In this document: positions 8,999-17,128 of the stretch, piece by piece | Position numbering within the stretch: the first letter of the stretch is position 1 | Layout: the number at the start of each line of letters is the position of its first letter | Assembly (NCBI GenBank): GCA_016712675.1 | Contig: JADJQR010000011.1 | Span: 67,946-131,945, forward strand | Length of the DNA stretch: 64,000 nucleotides | Direction: 5' to 3' | Source: a bacterium | Lineage (GTDB): Bacteria > Krumholzibacteriota > Krumholzibacteriia > LZORAL124-64-63 | The notes under the pieces: model-generated | What the model was told of the DNA's origin: nothing | Databases searched by the model: none | The model's input: only the letters and a program-made list of their open reading frames with translations | Made by a program: the position numbers and the translations under genes

Positions 8999-9775
8999 AT
9001 GGCCCACTTGCAGATTCCCGACGCCTGGCTGGTGCGCCCCGTGCGGGTGCTCCTGGCCGGCGCGGGCGGCACCGGCTCGCACCTGTTCGGCGCGCTGGTC
9101 TCGCTCGATTGCGCCCTGCGCGCGCTGGAGCATCCGGGGCTGGCCGTGACCGTCTACGACCCCGACCGGGTCGGCCCGGCCAACGTCGGCCGCCAGGCGT
9201 TCTGGCCGGGCGAGGTCGGCCAGAACAAGGCCGTGACCCTGGTGCAGCGCGCCAACCTGGCGATGGGCCTGGACTGGGCGGCGGTCCCCCGCCGCCTCGA
9301 CCCCCGGCGCGACCTGCCGGGCGAGACGGACGTGCTGGTGACCGCCGTGGACCGGGCCACGGTGCGCGCCGCGATCGGCCGGCGCGGGCGGGCGGTCGCC
9401 GGCCCCTGCCACCGCCCGATCTGGTGGCTCGACACCGGCAACTCGGAGCGCGAGGCGCAAGCCGTGCTGGGCCACTGGCGGGCCGAGGGGGGCGAGAGCT
9501 GGGTACCCAACGTGTTCCAGCTCTACCCCGAGCTGGCCGCGATGGGCGACGCCCACCGCGCGCCCTCCTGCTCGGCGGCCGAGGCGCTGGCCCGGCAGTG
9601 GCTGCCCGTCAACCGGGTCGTGGCCGACGTGGCGCTCACCTTGCTGTGGCGGCTGTTCCGGGAAGGCCGGCTCGACCAGCACGGCGCGTTCGTCGATCTC
9701 GCGACCCTGAGCGTGCGCGCGCTCCCCGCCGACCCGCGGGTGTGGGCCAGCTTCGGCTGGGCGAACCCGGCGTGA
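8999..9775 (+). CDS. ThiF/E1-like protein of the PRTRC-system type
   Basis: VRVLLAGAGGTGSHLF (Rossmann GxGxxG), VYDPDRVGPANVGRQAFWPGEVGQNKA and a WWLDTGN segment match my recollection of PRTRC ThiF-family proteins. Confidence 0.75.
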   Translation: MAHLQIPDAWLVRPVRVLLAGAGGTGSHLFGALVSLDCALRALEHPGLAVTVYDPDRVGPANVGRQAFWPGEVGQNKAVTLVQRANLAMGLDWAAVPRRLDPRRDLPGETDVLVTAVDRATVRAAIGRRGRAVAGPCHRPIWWLDTGNSEREAQAVLGHWRAEGGESWVPNVFQLYPELAAMGDAHRAPSCSAAEALARQWLPVNRVVADVALTLLWRLFREGRLDQHGAFVDLATLSVRALPADPRVWASFGWANPA

Positions 9776-9900
9776 ACGGGAGACTTTGGCCCGTCGCCGG
9801 CCGGGCGAGGCCGGCCGAAACCCCGAACCCGCCGCGACCCGAACCGGCGTCGCGGCACCCGACTTTCAAACGCGCGCCGCTTGCGGCGCGAGGAGCGCCC

Positions 9901-10233
9901 ATGAACGCCCGTTCACTCCCACCCGATCCGCGCCGCGCCGCCGAGGCCGCCGCGACCCGCGACCCGCGACCCCGGCGCGCCGCGCCAAAACCCCGGTGGC
10001 CCGCGCCCAAAGCCCGGTGGCGCCGCCGGCCCGACCCGCGCCGCTCCGCCTGCCGGCGGCTGCTGGCGCAGGGCGATGTCCTGATCAAATCGCGCGGCGG
10101 CCGGCTCGTCGCCCGCGCCCCCCGCTGCCCGCCGGTCGCGTTCTGGCCCGCCACCGGCCGCTGGGCCGCGCGCGGGGGGCCGACGCGCCGGGGCTTGCGC
10201 AAGCTGCTCGATTTCCTGCACCACAACCGGTAG
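9901..10233 (+). CDS. hypothetical small basic protein
   Basis: ATG-initiated 110-aa tail of a longer track ORF. Very Arg/Pro-rich, so it may be a GC artefact. Confidence 0.25.
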   Translation: MNARSLPPDPRRAAEAAATRDPRPRRAAPKPRWPAPKARWRRRPDPRRSACRRLLAQGDVLIKSRGGRLVARAPRCPPVAFWPATGRWAARGGPTRRGLRKLLDFLHHNR

Positions 10234-10243
10234 GGGGCGCGCC

Positions 10244-10552
10244 GTGACGACTGAAGACCCCGTGCTGCTCGAAACGCCGACCGCCCTCATCGGCTGCCAC
10301 GAGTGGCGCTTGCAAGTCTACGTCCACCCCCTCTACGGGCGGTGCACCCGGTATCTCTGGCGGCGGGCCGGCGACGCCGGTTGGCGGGAGGACCGCGAGT
10401 GGCCCGCTTTCGACGGCGACGACGGCGTGACCGGCGGCCTCCCCCGCCGGCTGGCCTCCCTTTACGGGCGCCATCGCGCGGCGGTGCGGGCGGCGCTGGA
10501 GGGCCGGCCGCCGCCCCGGCAAGGCGGCTTGTTCGGCGAGCCCGAAGCCTGA
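10244..10552 (+). CDS. hypothetical protein
   Basis: 102-aa ORF with mixed composition ([24 protein letters not shown]). GTG start. Confidence 0.35.
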   Translation: MTTEDPVLLETPTALIGCHEWRLQVYVHPLYGRCTRYLWRRAGDAGWREDREWPAFDGDDGVTGGLPRRLASLYGRHRAAVRAALEGRPPPRQGGLFGEPEA

Positions 10553-10559
10553 CCCGCCC

Positions 10560-10586
10560 TTGCCCGAGGCGGCGAAGCCGTATCCT
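10560..10586 (+). promoter_or_regulatory. conserved promoter-like cassette copy 3 (TTGCCC-N15-TATCCT)
   Basis: Upstream of ssb. Confidence 0.35.
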
Positions 10587-10653
10587 GAAATCGCCTCGAC
10601 CCTTTTGTTGGAGCGGGGCAATCGAACGGGTCCACATTTTTCGGAGCTTCTTT

Positions 10654-11220
10654 ATGGCCAGCGTCAACAAAGTCATCCTGATCGGCAATCTGGGCAAAGA
10701 CCCGGAGGTGCGCTACATGCCCAGCGGCCGCGCCGTCGCCAACGTCACTCTCGCCACCAGCGAAAGCTGGACCGACAAGACCACCGGCGAGCGACAGGAG
10801 CGCACCGAGTGGCACCACGCGGTGTTTTACAGCCCCCTGGCGGAGATCGCCGGCCAGTACTTGCGCAAAGGCTCGCAGGTGTTCGTGGAAGGCCGCCTGC
10901 AAACCCGCAAGTGGCAGGACAAGAACGGCCAGGACCGCTACACCACCGAGATCGTCGCCAGCGACATGAAAATGCTGGGCGGGCGCGCCGCCACCGGCGC
11001 CGCCGCGCCGTTTTCGTCGGAAGGCGACGCGGGTCCCGCGCCCCCCTCGGCCCCGCAACCGCACCCTCCGCCCGCCGCGCCCCGCGCGCCGGCCCGGTCC
11101 CGCCGGGCATCGCCCCCCGCCCCGGCCCCGGCGGTCGCGGCCGCGCCGGACGGCGGCCGCTGGGACGAAGACGACATCCCCTTCGTGCGCCCGACCGCCC
11201 TGGACGGCTTGCCCTGGTGA
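10654..11220 (+). CDS. ssb: single-stranded DNA-binding protein
   Basis: [42 protein letters not shown]...TEWHHAVFY...[17 protein letters not shown], then a Pro/Ala linker, then DEDDIPF. Unusually, 11 further residues follow. Confidence 0.9.
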   Translation: MASVNKVILIGNLGKDPEVRYMPSGRAVANVTLATSESWTDKTTGERQERTEWHHAVFYSPLAEIAGQYLRKGSQVFVEGRLQTRKWQDKNGQDRYTTEIVASDMKMLGGRAATGAAAPFSSEGDAGPAPPSAPQPHPPPAAPRAPARSRRASPPAPAPAVAAAPDGGRWDEDDIPFVRPTALDGLPW

Positions 11221-11349
11221 CAGCCCCGGCGCTTTGCCGGCCGCCGCTTGCCCGCCGACGCAAAACGCTGGCGGGCGAGGCCGATCCGGTTAAGATGGGC
11301 CTTCCCGCGCCAATCGGCCGAACTCGAACGTCACCGACGGAGACCCCCG

Positions 11350-11604
11350 ATGACCCCGCTCACCCTCCAGCTCCCCGAAGCCGTTTTCGCCGCGCTGCGC
11401 CAAACCCCCGACGAATTTCTCCGGGAGATGCGGGTGGCGGCGGCGGTGAAATGGTACGAGCTCGGCCAGATCTCCCAAGGCCGCGCCGCCGAAATCGCCG
11501 GGTTGAGCCGGGCGGCGTTCATCGACGCGCTCGGCCGCTATCGGGTCAGCCCGTTCCAGTGTTCGGCGCACGACTTGGCCGAGGAGCTGCGGGATGCGGA
11601 TTGA
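11350..11604 (+). CDS. UPF0175 family antitoxin-like protein (copy 1)
   Basis: LQLPEAVFAALRQTPDEFLREMRVAAAVKWYELGQISQGRAAEIAGLSRAAFIDALGRY is the typical UPF0175 pattern. It overlaps the downstream DUF3368 ORF. Confidence 0.75.
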   Translation: MTPLTLQLPEAVFAALRQTPDEFLREMRVAAAVKWYELGQISQGRAAEIAGLSRAAFIDALGRYRVSPFQCSAHDLAEELRDAD

Positions 11605-12079
11605 GCGGGTCGCGGTCAACGCCTCCCCGCTGATCACGCTTTTCAAGAGCGGGCAAAGCGATCTCCTGCCCCGGCTGTTCGAGGCCGTCGTGGTGCCCGA
11701 AGCCGTCTGGCAGGAGGTCGCGGCGGCGGGCTCGGACGACGTGGCGAGCCTCGGCCTGACCCGCTGCGGCTGGCCGATCCGGGCGCACGTTTCGCCGTCG
11801 CCGCGCGTGGAGATCTGGAATCTCGGCGCGGGCGAAACGGCGGTGTTGAGCCGCGCGCTCGCGCATCCGCCGGAGCGGGCGCTCGTCGATGACGCCGCCG
11901 CGCGACGCTGCGCCAAGACCTTGGGCATCCCCGTCCTGGGAACCGGGGGCCTGCTGGTGCTGGCCAAACGGCGCGGCTTGATCGCGTCCGCGACCGCCGG
12001 GTTGGAGCGCTTGCGCGCGGCGGGGCTTTGGCTGTCGGACGACCTGTTCGCGCTGCTGCGCGCGCAGGCCGGCGAATGA
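11594..12079 (+). CDS. DUF3368 PIN-like toxin-like protein (copy 1)
   Basis: VAVNASPLITLFKSGQSDLLPRLFEAVVVPEAVWQEV...GAGETAVLSRA...DDAAARRCAKTLGIPVLGTGGLLVLAKRRGLI. Confidence 0.75.
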   Translation: MRIERVAVNASPLITLFKSGQSDLLPRLFEAVVVPEAVWQEVAAAGSDDVASLGLTRCGWPIRAHVSPSPRVEIWNLGAGETAVLSRALAHPPERALVDDAAARRCAKTLGIPVLGTGGLLVLAKRRGLIASATAGLERLRAAGLWLSDDLFALLRAQAGE

Positions 12080-12167
12080 CCCGCGACCGCGGCCATCGAA
12101 ACCCGCCCGCCGCCACCCGCCCCGGCTGAAGCTCGGCTCCCGAGACCGGCACCCGCCCGCCGCCCCC

Positions 12168-12195
12168 TTGCCCGCCCGGCCTTCCGTGCGACCTT
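12168..12195 (+). promoter_or_regulatory. conserved promoter-like cassette copy 4 (TTGCCC-N16-GACCTT, followed by GGAACCATCA)
   Basis: Upstream of the 12223 ORF. Confidence 0.35.
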
Positions 12196-12222
12196 GGAAC
12201 CATCACGCCCGAGGATCGCACC

Positions 12223-12534
12223 ATGGCCCAAACTGCCCCCGCCGCCCCCGCCGCCCAACCCCCGGTCGGCGTCCCCTGCGAGCTGGCCGCCGGCCGGCTG
12301 GAAGACGCCATCACCCTGCTGCGGGTGATCGAGCAACTGCCGGCGCTGTCCGCCACCGAGGGCCTGACCCCCGACTGCGCTTTGCGGGTGCTGGCGGTGA
12401 TCCACGGCAACCACCTCCACCTCGCCGCGCACGCCCGCGCCCTGCTGGTCGCTTGCCCCGAGCGGGCGCGCCCGAGCCCGCCGGCGCGCGAGACGGATGC
12501 CACCCACCGCCCGAACCGGAGAGTTGATTTATGA
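12223..12534 (+). CDS. hypothetical protein
   Basis: 103 aa, with a GAGGA RBS. The stop overlaps the next ATG (ATGA). Confidence 0.45.
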   Translation: MAQTAPAAPAAQPPVGVPCELAAGRLEDAITLLRVIEQLPALSATEGLTPDCALRVLAVIHGNHLHLAAHARALLVACPERARPSPPARETDATHRPNRRVDL

Positions 12535-13430
12535 CCGCCACCGCCACCGCCCCCTCGCCCGCCACGGCGCTCGCCGCCCTCAACCCCCGCCTGGCCGCCA
12601 TGGGCCTGCCGGCGCTGTCGGAAGCCGCGCTGGCGGCCCGGCCGGACCTCTCCCCCGAACGCCTTCGGCACGCGCTGGACAAAGCGGAAACGGGCGACGG
12701 CGGCGCGCGCGCGTACCTGGCCCGACAGGTGGGCGGCGCCGCGCCCGACGCGGCGACCGCCCCGGCCGCGCGCCGGCCAACGGAACCCTCCCCGGCGCCG
12801 CCGCCATCCGGCCGCCCCGCGCCGTCGCCGGTCCCGCACGCCCCGGCCCGACCCCCGGCGCAACCGACCGGCGCCGCCGCCACCGGACCGGCCCGACCCC
12901 CGGCGCAACCGGCGGCCGCCCCCGCGCCGCCGGCCCCGGCGAGCCGCCCGCCGGATCGGGTGCAGTGCCGCATCTACGGCGGCAAGGCGGCGCTGTGCGC
13001 CGAAAGCGACCTCACCCGCCAAAACGAGCCGACCCTGCGCCTGGAAGCCGCCCCGGCCACCGGCCCGCAAACCTACGACTGGAAGCGCAAGCGCAGCCTG
13101 CAACTGACCCGCGAGGAGCTGCCGGTCGTCGCCGCCGTCGCGCTGGGCCTGCTCCCGCGCTGCGCGTTCAAAAACCACGGCCCCGACAACGACAAGGGCT
13201 TCGAGGTCGAGCACCAGGGCACCCACCTGTTCGTGCGGCTGTTCCAGAAAGACGCCGGCGTTTTGGCGCTGCCGGTCGGCCCCGCCGACAGCTATCACCT
13301 CGCGGCGCTGTGCCTGCGCCAGCTGCGCCGGGGCGCGCCGTGGCTCACGGACCTCGGCGCGCTGGCGCTGCTCAAGGCCACGGTGCGGCCGATGCTGGCG
13401 GCGGCCCAGAAAGGGGGAGCGCCGGGCTGA
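12531..13430 (+). CDS. Whirly-like ssDNA-binding domain protein with an Ala/Pro-rich N-terminal half
   Basis: The C-terminal ~170 aa read CRIYGGKAALCAE...LEAAPATGPQTYDWKRKRSLQLTREEL...CAFKNHGP...KGFEVEHQGTHLFVRLFQ...LPVGPADSYHLAALC. These line up motif by motif with plant Whirly proteins as I remember them (YKGKAAL, FAPxxGxRQYDWxxKQxFxLSxxE, CEFFHDP, KVLKVEP..GHFFNLSV). Confidence 0.5.
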   Translation: MTATATAPSPATALAALNPRLAAMGLPALSEAALAARPDLSPERLRHALDKAETGDGGARAYLARQVGGAAPDAATAPAARRPTEPSPAPPPSGRPAPSPVPHAPARPPAQPTGAAATGPARPPAQPAAAPAPPAPASRPPDRVQCRIYGGKAALCAESDLTRQNEPTLRLEAAPATGPQTYDWKRKRSLQLTREELPVVAAVALGLLPRCAFKNHGPDNDKGFEVEHQGTHLFVRLFQKDAGVLALPVGPADSYHLAALCLRQLRRGAPWLTDLGALALLKATVRPMLAAAQKGGAPG

Positions 13431-13440
13431 GCGCGGTCGC

Positions 13441-14163
13441 TCAGCCCGCGAGCCCGCTTTCGCGCAGCAGCCACAGCGCGGCGAGATGGGCGGGATAGTA
13501 GGCGTAGAAGGCCCAGCGCAGCCGGGGCAGCGCCAGATCGAACCGGGCGGCCAGCCCCGCCAGCGGCAGCGCCGCCAGCGCCCACGGGTTGCCGTTTAGC
13601 CAGCAAAGCCCCGCGAGCGCCGCGCCGAGCAGCGCCAGCGCGCGCCGGGACGGCCGGCCGCAGTAGCTCCAGGCCGCCACGCCGAGCAGCGCCCCGACCC
13701 AGAAATACTCGACGAGCGCGCCGCCGGCCGCGAACAGCGGGCCGGCCGCCAGCGCGCGCGGCCCGCCGCCCGCCAGCAGGCCGGTCACCCCGGCGATCAG
13801 GGCGAGCAGGAACATCGCGTCAAGCGGCCACGCCCCCTGAAACGGGCCGCCCAGCGCGACGAAAAAGGGCGTGGCGAGCAGGCCGGCGGCGGCCATCCGC
13901 GCCGCCGCCCGGCCGTGCGCGCCCCGCGCCAGCGCCCCCGGCCGGGCCAGGTTGTAGGCGAGCACCAGCACGAACAGCGGCAGGGCCAGCCGGCCGGCGG
14001 CGAACAGCGCCGGAAATCGGTACCCCCACCAAAAGGCGTTGAGGTGATCGGCGGTCATGGCGGCGAGCGCCAGCCATTTCAGGGCCTCGACGCTCCCGTC
14101 CGACAGCGCCGGCGTCGGGAGCGCCCGGGGCGCGGGGCGATTCGGGGCGAGCGCGCTGTCCAC
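13441..14163 (-). CDS. traX: TraX family membrane protein
   Basis: 240-aa polytopic protein with LKWLALAAMTADHLN near the N-terminus and FYAYYPAHLAALWLL near the C-terminus, as in TraX. Confidence 0.7.
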   Translation of the reverse strand: MDSALAPNRPAPRALPTPALSDGSVEALKWLALAAMTADHLNAFWWGYRFPALFAAGRLALPLFVLVLAYNLARPGALARGAHGRAAARMAAAGLLATPFFVALGGPFQGAWPLDAMFLLALIAGVTGLLAGGGPRALAAGPLFAAGGALVEYFWVGALLGVAAWSYCGRPSRRALALLGAALAGLCWLNGNPWALAALPLAGLAARFDLALPRLRWAFYAYYPAHLAALWLLRESGLAG

Positions 14164-14172
14164 GATCGCGCC

Positions 14173-15525
14173 TCACGAGGTGCTGGTGAAGCAGTAGCGC
14201 AGCGGGATGAACCCGACGAAAAACCCGATCTCGCTCAGGGGGCACTGGAAGTAGGGCCAGATGTTGTGGCCGTAGCCGCCTTCCGGGTCGACGGGGGTGG
14301 GCAGGTCGGCGATGTTCGCGGCGCAATACGCGGTCGCCTGGGGGGAGAGGTTTTGCCAGTCGCCGCTGGCGTAGGCGGTGGTCAGCTTGGGGCGGAGCTT
14401 GACCTTCTCGTCCGCCAGCAAATTCGCGCCGCGCGCCGCGACCGCCGGGGCCACCCGGCCGGGGTGGTCGTTGTTGACGAAGCCGTGGCGGGGATAGATG
14501 TGCGCCCAGGTTTCCGCCCCGGTCCCGATCCGGTCCCCGGAGAAAGGGTTGAGCATGGTGAGCAGGTGCTCGATGTCGGTGATCGGCGCGCCCGAGCGCC
14601 AGAACAGCGCATCGACCCCGGAGAGGTAATAGGGGAAAAAATAGTACACGTCGTTGGGGCAAAGCAGCCGGTCGATCTTGACCCCGCCCCCGGCGCCCGC
14701 GTTGTCGGCGAGCTTGTTGCCGAGCTCGCGCATGACTTTGGACATGTTTTTGAAATCGACGCCGCTGCCTTTCACCGCGCCGATGATGGTGTCGATCCAG
14801 TCTTCGATCCGCAGCACCTGGCCGATCACGCCGCTCGGGAAGGCCGGCGCGACCGAGCATTTGTCCGGCCCCATGAAACAGCCCACCGACCAGCTCGACC
14901 ACAGGTCGATGAAGCCCGTCGCGTCGGAAGCGCTTTGGCCGAAGTTGCCCCCCAGGTGGCCGGTGTCGCGCGTGCCGCGCGTGCCGCCGGTTTCGCCGTC
15001 GGTGTAGGTGTCGGCGGTCATGTCGCCGTTTTTGTCCACCAGCGCCGGCAGGATGGCCACCGGGTGGCCCATGTACTCGGCTTCCTTGAAATTGGTCGAC
15101 TGGTGCTCGCCGTATTGCTGCTTGCGGCTGCGCCCGCCGCCGCTTTCGGAAATGGAGGTGCCGCCCAGCGCCACCGGCACCCGGTGCGCCATTTTGTCCA
15201 GCAGCTTTTTCTGGATTTCGCCGACCAGCCCGGCCCACTCCCGGTAAGCTTCCTCGGGGAAGCGGTCGGAGGTCATGGCGTGCAGGGCGACCATGTGGTG
15301 CTCGACCCGGGGCACCAGGTAGACCTCGACGGTGAACCCGGTGTAGCGGATGCGGATCTCGAAGCCCAGCAGGCAATACTTGATGCACCGGGGCAACGCT
15401 TTCACGGTCTTGACGATCAGGTCGCGGGTGTCGTAGGTGACGCCCGGATCGACCGGGGTTTGAGCGGGCGCGGCGGGCGCGGCGAGCGCGAGCGCGAAAA
15501 AGAGGGTGCGCGAAAAAGAGGTCAT
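14173..15525 (-). CDS. TraU-like conjugative transfer protein (ICE type), secreted
   Basis: Internal ATG at 15525 gives the signal peptide MTSFSRTLFFALALAAPAAPAQ. The body (CIKYCLLGFEIRIRY..., FPYYLSGVDALFWR, IYPRHGF) resembles TraU/PFL_4710-type proteins. The 671-aa track ORF start is rejected. Confidence 0.6.
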   Translation of the reverse strand: MTSFSRTLFFALALAAPAAPAQTPVDPGVTYDTRDLIVKTVKALPRCIKYCLLGFEIRIRYTGFTVEVYLVPRVEHHMVALHAMTSDRFPEEAYREWAGLVGEIQKKLLDKMAHRVPVALGGTSISESGGGRSRKQQYGEHQSTNFKEAEYMGHPVAILPALVDKNGDMTADTYTDGETGGTRGTRDTGHLGGNFGQSASDATGFIDLWSSWSVGCFMGPDKCSVAPAFPSGVIGQVLRIEDWIDTIIGAVKGSGVDFKNMSKVMRELGNKLADNAGAGGGVKIDRLLCPNDVYYFFPYYLSGVDALFWRSGAPITDIEHLLTMLNPFSGDRIGTGAETWAHIYPRHGFVNNDHPGRVAPAVAARGANLLADEKVKLRPKLTTAYASGDWQNLSPQATAYCAANIADLPTPVDPEGGYGHNIWPYFQCPLSEIGFFVGFIPLRYCFTSTS

Positions 15526-15713
15526 GGTGCGTCTCTCACAACGGGGCGGGCGCGGCCCGCGGGCGCCTCGGGGCGGCGCGGTCAGGTCGCGCGCCCCCAG
15601 GCGGTCAAAGGGAGGGAAAGCGGGTCCCCCGGCCCAGCCCTCGCGGGCGCGCCGGATCGCCTGACCCGACCCGGCGGCCCCGCGCGGCGAACCTGCCGCC
15701 GCGCGGGACACCT

Positions 15714-16136
15714 TCACTCTCTCACGCCGGCGCGATGGGGCCAGCGCCGGCGATGCCGGCGCGCGCCCGGAAGCGCCACCGCCGCCCAGACGGCCTCGAC
15801 GCGCGCGCGCGGGACGTTCAGCAGCGCCGACAGCGCCGCCGCGTCCGCCGGCCAACCGCCGAGGAGCGCGGCGGCGGTGGCGCCGGCGCGGGCCAGCGCC
15901 GCCTCCGCGTCCCGGCACCGCTCGGCCCAGGCCGCGAGAAGGCGGCGCGCCGCCGGCTCCCGGAACCGGCCGACCCCGAGGCGCAGCCGCCGCCGCACGC
16001 CCCGGTGCCCCGCGCGGGCGTCGTCGAGACAGCGGACCCACTCCCGGCACACCCACCGGCACACCAGCAGGAGGTCGTCCGGCGTCCGCGAAGGCGCGTC
16101 GCGCTCCAGCCAACCGATCAATCGTTCGAGCTTCAT
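15714..16136 (-). CDS. hypothetical protein
   Basis: Internal ATG (MKLERLIGWLERD...) preceded by GGAGGA and a T-tract. Confidence 0.4.
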   Translation of the reverse strand: MKLERLIGWLERDAPSRTPDDLLLVCRWVCREWVRCLDDARAGHRGVRRRLRLGVGRFREPAARRLLAAWAERCRDAEAALARAGATAAALLGGWPADAAALSALLNVPRARVEAVWAAVALPGARRHRRRWPHRAGVRE

Positions 16137-16155
16137 GCCATCCTCCAAAAAGGGG

Positions 16156-16214
16156 GCGGCCAACGTCCCCGAGCGGGGGCGCGGCCAACGTCCCCGAGCG
16201 GGGGCGCGGCCGCC
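16156..16214. repeat. 25-bp tandem repeat (GCGGCCAACGTCCCCGAGCGGGGGC) x2.3
   Basis: Counted directly. It lies in the leader immediately upstream of the T-tract/SD of the 15714..16136 ORF. Confidence 0.85.
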
Positions 16215-16225
16215 CCGGTCGGGGG

Positions 16226-17014
16226 TTACGGCTGCCGGCGCTGGATCAGCGCCTTGAGCGCCGCCCGGGCCTCCTCGACGGTCGTCGCGGGCGGCGGCTC
16301 GATCCCGAGCTGCCGGGCGTGGGCGGCGATCTGCTGGCGCAGCAGCGCGAGCGCCCGGTCGCCGGTCGCCGCGGGGGGAGCCGCCCGCGCGCGCGCGGCC
16401 AGAAGGTCCGAGGGCGCGGCCGAAGCCGCGCTTTCGCCGTCGGCCGTCTCCGGCTCCGGTGGCTCGACCGGCTCCACGCTGTCCGGGCACGGCGCGGCCG
16501 TCTCCGGCTCCACCGGCTCCACCGGCTCCACCGGCTCCACCGGAACCGGGCCGTCCGGCGGCGCTTCGCGCAGATCGCCGTCCGCCCAGTCGCGCCGCTC
16601 GTCGTCTTCCAAGAGCTCGCCGCCGATGCCCACCGCCGCCAGCAGCCGCTGGCGGGCGGCGGTTTCCAGCGCCTCCAGATCCTTGTGGGCGCGCACCTCC
16701 TTGGCCGCCGTGGCGGTGGCCAACACCCGGCCGTTCGCGTCCTCCAGCGCGGCGCGGCAGACCATCAGGCCGGCGGCCTGGGCCAAAGGGGGCAACCCCA
16801 GGTCCTCCGCCTTGCGGCCCTCGCGCGCGGCGACCTCGCAGAGGCGCAGCAGGCCGGGGCGAAAGCTCAGCAGGTCCGCGATTTCGGTGCGGACCGCGAA
16901 GCCCCGCTCCGGCCCGAAACGGGCCAGAAACTCCGGCAGCCGCGCCGCCAGGGGCCGGTAGATCACCAGGTCCCCGTCCGTCGTGTACAACTCCACCGTT
17001 TGTGGTTTGCTCAT
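16226..17014 (-). CDS. hypothetical protein with an acidic (VEP)n repeat linker
   Basis: 262 aa. The start MSKPQTVELYTTDG is preceded by GAGGAG. A 9-bp in-frame repeat at about 16500-16545 encodes VEPVEPVEPVEP. Confidence 0.5.
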   Translation of the reverse strand: MSKPQTVELYTTDGDLVIYRPLAARLPEFLARFGPERGFAVRTEIADLLSFRPGLLRLCEVAAREGRKAEDLGLPPLAQAAGLMVCRAALEDANGRVLATATAAKEVRAHKDLEALETAARQRLLAAVGIGGELLEDDERRDWADGDLREAPPDGPVPVEPVEPVEPVEPETAAPCPDSVEPVEPPEPETADGESAASAAPSDLLAARARAAPPAATGDRALALLRQQIAAHARQLGIEPPPATTVEEARAALKALIQRRQP

Positions 17015-17128
17015 GCTTCGCTCCTCGTCAAAGCCGGGGCGCGCCGCCCCCGACGGGGCGATCGCGCGCGCCCCGGGCGGGCAGTGAAAAAAAAGCCGCG
17101 AAAAAAGGCCGGCGCCGGGGGAAGCCCC

